Source: Dehalococcoidia bacterium | Lineage (GTDB): Bacteria; Chloroflexota; Dehalococcoidia; DSTF01; WHTK01 | Direction: 5' to 3' | DNA: 64,000 bases | Assembly (NCBI GenBank): GCA_965197795.1 | Contig: OZ240228.1 | Coordinates: 171,765 to 235,764, forward strand | In this document: piece after piece, positions 57,326-64,000 of the stretch | Layout: the number at the start of each line of letters is the position of its first letter | Position numbering within the stretch: the first letter of the stretch is position 1 | Made by a program: the position numbers and the translations under genes | The notes under the pieces: generated by a model | The model's input: only the letters and a program-made list of their open reading frames with translations | Database searches by the model: none | What the model was told of the DNA's origin: nothing

Positions 57326-60238
57326 GTGGAAGCCGACATTCAGGAACTCGCGCTTGGCCTGCTTGAGACGTCGCAGCAACGTGAACCGATCACGTTAACC
57401 CCGGCCTGGTGGCAGGCGCGCCTGCTGGAATGGGCCACCGGGGATCCCAAGTTCCGCGTTAAGCTGCTGCGTTTCGTCGATGTTTTGCCTTCGCTGCGGA
57501 CAAGTGGAGCACTGGCCGATCACATCCGTCAGTACTTCCGTGACGAGTCGCCCTTCTTGATCCAGGCGGGAGCACAGCTGGCGACGCCAGTTCTCTTCCG
57601 CCCGGTGGTATCGCGCGTGGTGCGTGAGGGCGTGCTGGCAATGGCGCACCGTTTCATCGCTGGGGAAACGGCGGAGGACGCGATACCCCGATTGCAGGCG
57701 CTGGCGAAGGAGGGCGTCGGATACACGGTCGACTTGCTGGGCGAGGCCACGTTGTCGGAGCGAGAGGCCGACGTATACCTCGATCGATACGAGAGCCTGC
57801 TGCGGACACTGGTACAGGAGAGCCCTGGGCCGCAGGCGGGCGTCTGGCAGGGCGTCCCGCCGGTGAACCTGTCGGTAAAGCTGACGGCGTTATACCCGCA
57901 CTTCGAGACAGCAGCGCCGGAGCACATTAGCCGAGCCGTGCAGGCACGTTTGGGGCCGCTACTACAGCTGGCGAAGCAGCACGGCGCCTTCGTCAACGTG
58001 GACATGGAGCAGTACGCCTACCGCGACCTGATTCAGCGGGTGCTCGCCGACGCAGTGCTGGAAACGGAGATGCGCGACTACCCGCACTTCGGAGTCGTGG
58101 TACAGGCGTACCTGAAGACGGCGGAGCAGTCGATCGAGTTCCTGAGGGAGCTGGCGCGGCAGCGGGGCTCAGCGCTGACGGTACGGCTGGTCAAAGGTGC
58201 CTACTGGGACGAGGAGCGCATCGTAACGGCGCAGAACGGCTGGCCGGTCCCCGTCTACGAGGACAAGGCGGCAACCGACGCATCGTTCGAACGGTGTACA
58301 GATCTGCTACTGGACGCGTGGCCCCATCTCGAACTTGCGGTTGGCAGTCATAACCCGAGGTCGATCGCGCAGGCCATCGTCAAGAGCCGTGAACGAGGGT
58401 TGGAGAACGAGGTCGAGTTCCAGATGCTCTACGGCATGGCCGATACGTTGCGCCAGGCGGTGGCCGAGCAGGGCTTTCGCACGCGGATTTACGTGCCAGT
58501 GGGCGCGATTATTCCCGGCATGGCTTACCTAGTGCGGCGACTCTTGGAGAACACGTCGAACCAGTCGTGGTTCGTCAAGGAATCGCTGGAAGTGACACCG
58601 GAAGAGGTCGTGCAGCCGCCGACCCCCGCGCCGCAGTCCAGCCCGGAAGCAGTCGGCAGCGGATTCCGAAATACCGGGCTTGCGGCGTTCCACGAGCCTG
58701 ACCAGCGGGACGCAATGTCGTCGGCGCTGAAGCGCATGCGCAGCGAGTTCGGCGGAGTGCAGCCGCTGCTGCTTGCCACTCGTCCCGTGCACGACGGGCC
58801 GAAGATCGAGATACGCTGCCCGGCGGAGCCTTCGCTGGTCCTGGGACAGGTGGCGCAGGCCACGATTGCTGACGCCACAACGGCTGTTGAGGCGGCGAAG
58901 GCGAGCTTCGACGAGTGGCGTGGGTTGGGCGTCAAGGGGCGGGCGGCGATCCTGCGACAGGCGGCATCGGTGATGCAGGAGCGGCGCTTCGAGTTGGCGG
59001 CGCTGATGGTCTACGAGAGCGCGAAGCCGTGGCGCGAGGCGGACGGCGATCTTGCGGAGGCCTGCGACTACCTGCGTTACTACGCCGAACAGGCTGAGCG
59101 CCTCATGCGCCCTGAGCGGCTCGGCTCGGTGCTGGGCGAGGAGAACGTCTACCTGAGAGAACCGCGCGGCGTGACGGCCGTCATTGCACCTTGGAACTTC
59201 CCGCTGGCGATCATCACTGGCATGTCTTCGGCGGCGTTGATTGGCGGCAACTGCGCGATCTTGAAGCCGTCTGAGCAGTCACCCTTGATCGCCGCCAAGC
59301 TGGTAGAGATCCTTCGCGAATCCGGAGTGCCGGACGGTGCGGTTCAGTACCTGCCTGGAGCCGGCGCGGAGGTTGGACGAGCTCTCGTAGAAAGCGCCGG
59401 TGTGGATACGATTGCGTTCACCGGCAGCAAGGAGGTTGGGCTCGACATCGTCCGGCGAGCGGCGCAGCCAAAGAGCGACCAACGCAACGTAAAGCGCGTC
59501 ATCGCCGAGATGGGCGGTAAAAACGCCGTTATCGTGGACGAGGACGCCGACCTGGACGAGGCCGTGGCGGGAGTTGTCAGTTCGGCATTCGGTTACGCAG
59601 GTCAGAAATGCAGCGCCTGCAGCCGGCTCATCGTGGTTGGGACCGCTTACATAGAAGCTGTGGACCGGCTCGCTGCCGCTATCGAGAGCCTCATAGTGGG
59701 GCATCCTGAGGATTCTGCGACTTTCGTACCGCCGGTGATCGACCAGGATGCGAAGCAGAGAATCGAGCGCTACATCGAGCAAGGAAGGCAGACGGCAAGA
59801 CTGCTGGCGCAGGCCACCGTGCCGGATTCAGACGGCTACTTCGTCGGCCCGGCCGCTTTCGTCGATGTGGACCCCACTAGTCCCTTGGCCCGCGATGAGG
59901 TCTTCGGACCGGTGCTATCGATCTTTTACGCACGGGACATGGACGCTGCGCTGGCGCTGGCGATGGACTCCGAGTTCGCGCTGACAGGTGGACTGTTCTC
60001 TCGCAACCCACGCAACATCGAGAAAGCAAAGCAGGCGTTTCGGGTCGGCAATCTGTATGTGAACCGCACGATAACAGGCGCAAAGGTCGGCCGTCAGCCG
60101 TTCGGCGGCCTGGGGATGTCGGGCGTGGGTGACAAGGCTGGCGGTCCCGATTACATTCTGCAGTTCCTCAGCCCACGCACGATTGCTGAAAACACGGCCC
60201 GTCGGGGCTTTGCGCCGCGTGCAGAATATGACGCCTGA
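57326..60238 (+). CDS. putA: Bifunctional proline dehydrogenase / L-glutamate-gamma-semialdehyde (P5C) dehydrogenase PutA (no N-terminal DNA-binding domain)
   Basis: 970 aa. A PRODH TIM barrel occupies the N-terminal half. The ALDH superfamily C-terminal half has the catalytic Cys region (FGYAGQKCSACSRLIV) and Glu (AEMGGKNAVIVDEDAD). Confidence 0.9.
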   Translation: MEADIQELALGLLETSQQREPITLTPAWWQARLLEWATGDPKFRVKLLRFVDVLPSLRTSGALADHIRQYFRDESPFLIQAGAQLATPVLFRPVVSRVVREGVLAMAHRFIAGETAEDAIPRLQALAKEGVGYTVDLLGEATLSEREADVYLDRYESLLRTLVQESPGPQAGVWQGVPPVNLSVKLTALYPHFETAAPEHISRAVQARLGPLLQLAKQHGAFVNVDMEQYAYRDLIQRVLADAVLETEMRDYPHFGVVVQAYLKTAEQSIEFLRELARQRGSALTVRLVKGAYWDEERIVTAQNGWPVPVYEDKAATDASFERCTDLLLDAWPHLELAVGSHNPRSIAQAIVKSRERGLENEVEFQMLYGMADTLRQAVAEQGFRTRIYVPVGAIIPGMAYLVRRLLENTSNQSWFVKESLEVTPEEVVQPPTPAPQSSPEAVGSGFRNTGLAAFHEPDQRDAMSSALKRMRSEFGGVQPLLLATRPVHDGPKIEIRCPAEPSLVLGQVAQATIADATTAVEAAKASFDEWRGLGVKGRAAILRQAASVMQERRFELAALMVYESAKPWREADGDLAEACDYLRYYAEQAERLMRPERLGSVLGEENVYLREPRGVTAVIAPWNFPLAIITGMSSAALIGGNCAILKPSEQSPLIAAKLVEILRESGVPDGAVQYLPGAGAEVGRALVESAGVDTIAFTGSKEVGLDIVRRAAQPKSDQRNVKRVIAEMGGKNAVIVDEDADLDEAVAGVVSSAFGYAGQKCSACSRLIVVGTAYIEAVDRLAAAIESLIVGHPEDSATFVPPVIDQDAKQRIERYIEQGRQTARLLAQATVPDSDGYFVGPAAFVDVDPTSPLARDEVFGPVLSIFYARDMDAALALAMDSEFALTGGLFSRNPRNIEKAKQAFRVGNLYVNRTITGAKVGRQPFGGLGMSGVGDKAGGPDYILQFLSPRTIAENTARRGFAPRAEYDA

Positions 60239-60308
60239 AAGATCCGGCACGGTAAATGACCCCAAGCCTACGTACCAGAAGCTAACCGCCTGAGCACGGA
60301 GAATCCTT

Positions 60309-62385
60309 ATGCGAATACTCATGTGTCCACCTCAACACTTCGGTGTCGAGTACGTGATCAATCCATGGATGCAAGGCAATGTCGGTGCGGGGTCGGCTTC
60401 GAGAGCCCTGTTGCAGTGGCAGGGCTTGCGCGAAATCCTCGAGGAACAGGCGGCCGTCCAGACCATCGAGTCGATCGAAGGGCTACCCGATATGTGCTTC
60501 GCCGCAAATGGCGGTTTCGTCCTGGAAGACGTCTTCGTCCCTGCGGTGTTCAGCGTTCCGCAACGCAGCCCCGAATCGGCTCTCTACACATCCTGGGCGG
60601 AAAACAACGGTTTCAGAGTCGTCCAGTTACCCGTCGACCACGCCTTCGAGGGCGAGGGCGATGCGCTCTGGTGGCCAGATAGTGAACCCATCCTTTGGGC
60701 GGGATACGGTGTTCGAAGCAGCCTCGAATCTCATCGCGATCTATCCGAACTGCTGAACGTCGAAGTCGTTTCGCTGCGCTTGGTGGACGAGCGGTTCTAC
60801 CATCTTGACACGTGCTTCGTACCGCTCCCCGAAGGTCGAATCATGTATTTCCCCGCCGCGTTTGACGACCGCTCGCGAGCTGTTATCGAGAAGCACGCGC
60901 GTCCGGAAAATCGGATCGAGGTGGGCGACCGGGACGCGCTCAATTTCGCTTGTAACGTCGTCCGCTTGGGTAAATCATTGATAACCAATGCTGCCTCCGA
61001 CGAGCTTCGGACTGCACTGGATAAATGGGGATATGTCGTCCGAACCACCCCCATGGATGAGTTCATGAAGGCCGGCGGGGCCGCAAAGTGTCTATCCTTG
61101 CTGCTCGATCAAGCAACGCCGGACACCTCCACATTCAGCCGACGCGAGCCGGCAGCCTCTCCGATTTCTACCGAAGTAGTCGACCTCAGAGGTCATCTCC
61201 TAGACGATGGGATACTGACCCGAGCGCTTGACGCCGTGACCCTGTCCGGCGGGAGTTTCCGGTTGGAGAACTTCCGCGCTGGAGAGCGTAGCGACCAGAT
61301 GAGCCATGCTCGTTTTGCCGTGAGCGCGCCGGAAAAAAGCACGCTGGACGAGATCATCGAGCAGCTACAACGCTATGGCGCAGAGACCGCTTCCGAGACA
61401 ACGTCCGCTCTACTAACAAGTGTTACGCAAGACGGGGTTGCCCCTGAGGACTTCTACTCCTCGACGATCTACCCGACCGATATTCAGGTTGATGGCCGGT
61501 GGATACCGGTTGATCGCCAACGGATGGATGCGGCGATCGTCGTCGACACCAAAGGCACTCCGAGCGCCGTCTGCATGCTGATGCGCGACCTCAAAAGGGT
61601 GACCTAGTCGTCTGTCACGCAGACGGCGTACGTGTTCGTCTCCCCGATACCCGTCGCGCAGAGCGCGAATTTGCGTTCATGAGTGCCGGCGTCTCGAGCG
61701 AACGTCGAGTCGAAAGTGACATCGAAAGCTCGCCTGGGAGATGCGGCGCATCCGCGCAAGAAAAGGTCGTATCGTGGTCGTGGCCGGCCCGGTCGTCATC
61801 CACACGGGCGCGGGTCCTCACCTCGCGAAGCTCATTCGGAACGGCTACGTACAGGCACTCCTGGCCGGCAACGCCTTAGCCGTACACGACATAGAAACGA
61901 ACCTCTTCGGCACGTCTCTCGGCGTTGATTTGAAGCGGGGTTTAGGGGTCCAGGGCGGACACCAGCACCATTTGAAGGCCAGCAATCGCATACGCCAGGC
62001 CGGATCCATCCAGGAAGCGGTCGCGGCCGGCATCGTCGATGAAGCCGTAATGTACGAATGCGTTCAAGCCCAGGTACCTTACGTACTGGCAGGTTCCATA
62101 CGTGACGACGGTCCGTTACCCGAGACCGTGATGGATCTCATCGATGCGCAAACTGCCTATGCGGATGCGATTAGAGGTGCCGATATGATCCTCATGTTGT
62201 CTTCAATGCTGCACGCTATCGGAACCGCCAAGATGACGCCCGCGGGCGTAAGGCTAGTGTGTGTGGACATCAACCCGACCGTCGTTACGAAACTCGCGGA
62301 CCGGGGTAGCCTCGAATCAACCGGCATCGTTACCGACGTCGGACTCGTCCTCAATCTTCTCACGGCGCGTCTTCTCGACAACTAG
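60309..62385 (+). CDS. ArgZ/AgrE-like arginine dihydrolase: amidinotransferase-fold (guanidino-modifying enzyme) N-domain + LOR/SDH-like C-domain, interrupted near 61600-61740
   Basis: The N-terminal ~270 aa have the GME-superfamily 5-bladed propeller pattern (MRILMCPPQHFGVEYVINPWM...YHLDTCF...AAKCLSL with C-terminal catalytic Cys). Track ORF 61741..62385 (VVVAGPVVIHTGAGPHLAKLIRNGYVQALLAGNAL) is LOR/SDH-like. The two are separated by ~130 nt with a stop/frameshift. Confidence 0.55.
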
Positions 62386-62726
62386 GAGAACTTGCCGTAA
62401 AGACTGAACCAAAGCTATCGATAGGTGGATCGCTGGTCACGGTGCAGCGATTCTGTCGTCGAAGAGCGAGGGTGTAAAAACCAAACACGATCGGGCGATA
62501 GTGTCACGTCGTCCGGGCCTGCAGCGCTCGTCTTAGGTTCTCGATCTCGGCCCGTAGTCTCAGCTTCTCGTGCCCACCAGCATTCTGAGTAGTTTCTTCC
62601 CTCAAACCCCGTTCGGAGCCGACCCCCTAATTGACGGTGCTCGCAACTCCCTAATTGCTCGCAGCTTGCATGTTGTATCCAGGTTCCAGAAGCTCGTTAG
62701 CAGCTTGCATTGGACCAGGATAATTA

Positions 62727-62797
<71 letters not shown>

Positions 62798-62861
62798 CGG
62801 CACACGCCGCGTCGAAATGGGCGTTCACGCGAGTCCCGATTTGGTTAGCGTCGAGAAGCGC

Positions 62862-64000
62862 TTAGGCGCCGTCGATTGGTACTGCGATCGGTGCTTCTAG
62901 CTCCGTGCGCCCGAAATGGACCTCTTCCAGCATGTCGAGGCCGTTGACGCCCCTGGGCACAATGGCGCCACCTCCGCGCATGCGGAACAGCTCGGGCTTC
63001 TCGACACCGGGCGGGATCACGCCTCGTTCGGCGAAGTCATGCATGGCACCGAGCAACTTTCGGCGGCTCCTGATGATCATCGCGTCAGAGGTCCCGAGGT
63101 GCTCCTGGGTGCGGTCGTAGATCCGACCCATCGTTTCCTGGGCCATCGGGTCCTGGGCAGGGCCTGGGACGCCAGTGTACGTACCCATTTCGCTCTGCAG
63201 GTCGCGGTCGATCAAATAGTCGTTGTCTTTGTTGGCGATGGGGCGGAAGCGGCCCAACGGGCCAGTGGTATCCGGCAAGAACGTGCGGGCCTGCTGAGCG
63301 CCGGGCTGTCGCTGTCCATAGGGGTCGTATTTGCCCAACGGGTCGCGGCGGAAGTAGCCGAACTTGAGGCCGCCAATGCCCTCGGTCTCCGGCGGAAGCA
63401 CCGGCTGCGGGCCGATATTCCATACCATCGTGTTCTCATCGTCGAGCGGCACCCAGGCGATGCACGAGTTCTTGATGCCGGCCAAGCCCGGGGCATTCAT
63501 CGTGTAGAAGGGCATCAAATAGTGCCCCATGCGCCAGTATTCGGTATCCTCCTCGGCATCCCGAATTGCCGAGTAACTGGCGCCGATTTCGTGTTCGCGG
63601 GCCTCAAACCGGGCTTCACGTTGCCTGGTGATGTAGTAGTCGATGCTGCCCGGCATCGTGTTCTCTGTCTTGACGTGGCCCGAGTGCAGGAAGAAGGCGT
63701 GCACCGTGTCGATGTCGCCTTCGAGGGCCTGCATGTAGTTGCACTCTTCGAGGCGGGTCCAGACCCTGCACTCTGGGTCGAGGTTAGGCAGCAGCTCAGG
63801 CAGCGGCGGCGGTACGGCCAGTGGACCCATGTAAGCCCAGATGATGCCGTTGCGCTCCTGGGTCGGGTACGCTTTCGCCCTTACCTTGTTCTTGAAGTTG
63901 CTCTCGGCCGGCTCGGAGGGCATGTCGACGCAGGCGCCGGTAACGTCGAACTTCCAGCCGTGGTATACGCAACGTAGGCCGTCCTCCTCGTTGCGACCAA
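62862..64000 (-). CDS. Rieske non-heme iron oxygenase alpha subunit, paralog of 55517..56842; N-terminus beyond window end
   Basis: The track ORF begins at an internal Met. Upstream in-frame sequence to the window edge reads ...GRNEEDGLRCVYHGWKFDVTGACVDMPSEPAE, the second half of the Rieske motif. The antisense ORF 62916..63977 is rejected. Confidence 0.8.
   Translation of the reverse strand, partial: GRNEEDGLRCVYHGWKFDVTGACVDMPSEPAESNFKNKVRAKAYPTQERNGIIWAYMGPLAVPPPLPELLPNLDPECRVWTRLEECNYMQALEGDIDTVHAFFLHSGHVKTENTMPGSIDYYITRQREARFEAREHEIGASYSAIRDAEEDTEYWRMGHYLMPFYTMNAPGLAGIKNSCIAWVPLDDENTMVWNIGPQPVLPPETEGIGGLKFGYFRRDPLGKYDPYGQRQPGAQQARTFLPDTTGPLGRFRPIANKDNDYLIDRDLQSEMGTYTGVPGPAQDPMAQETMGRIYDRTQEHLGTSDAMIIRSRRKLLGAMHDFAERGVIPPGVEKPELFRMRGGGAIVPRGVNGLDMLEEVHFGRTELEAPIAVPIDGA

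Noticed and set aside
62916-63977. 353-aa plus-strand ORF
   Set aside because: Antisense to the Rieske oxygenase alpha subunit, which has clear CxH/CxxH and His-box motifs.

Overview
This is a high-GC (about 65-68% by eye) bacterial chromosome segment. Gene content and codon style fit a Gram-positive-type high-GC lineage (Actinomycetota-like or Chloroflexota/Thermomicrobia-like), but the lineage cannot be fixed from sequence alone.

The left ~34 kb carries core and accessory metabolism:
- a GH15 hydrolase (5' partial), an OafA-type acyltransferase fused to an SGNH domain, a PLP aminotransferase, transketolase and an archaeal-type threonine synthase;
- a DEAD-box helicase, an ABC-2 exporter, a Zn-ADH, a hydroxyquinol 1,2-dioxygenase and a type II haloacid dehalogenase;
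- NudC, an LLM-class (probably F420/flavin) oxidoreductase, YihY, an FAH-family hydrolase and an HIBADH-type dehydrogenase.

These are interspersed with:
- a SipW-type signal peptidase cluster with small secreted paralogs;
- several gene remnants (HAD hydrolase, VOC dioxygenase, class II aldolase, DNA methyltransferase);
- a dispersed ~31-bp repeat family, and a 21-bp tandem repeat beside thrC.

At 34166 an intact tRNA-Gly(GCC) is followed by a recombinase-like remnant and an imuB-dnaE2 error-prone polymerase cassette. A ~71-bp copy of the tRNA 3' half plus flank recurs at ~62727 in the same orientation. The two copies delimit a ~28.5-kb putative fixed integrative island. Its cargo is:
- a ferredoxin reductase + Rieske ferredoxin pair;
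- a cluster of UbiE-type methyltransferase, membrane protein, FGE-domain protein, ATP-grasp (L-amino-acid-ligase-like), B12-radical SAM, NfuA-like protein, DUF169 and DUF4202;
- an IS1595-family element (26-bp inverted repeats, 8-bp target-site duplication CTTGCGAG) carrying a RelA/SpoT-domain (toxSAS/CapRel-like) passenger gene, inserted into the TPR tail of a giant Ser/Thr-kinase-AAA-TPR gene that also contains a G12 homopolymer fusing two reading frames;
- a Rieske oxygenase alpha subunit, PutA, and an ArgZ/AgrE-like arginine dihydrolase.

A striking number of genes are split by +/-1 frameshifts, often in compensating pairs. Either the sequence is indel-error-prone or the genome is decaying, and every pseudogene or frameshift call carries that caveat. 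No CRISPR array and no rRNA were seen.

Coordinates not taken directly from the ORF track are approximate (+/-3 nt).
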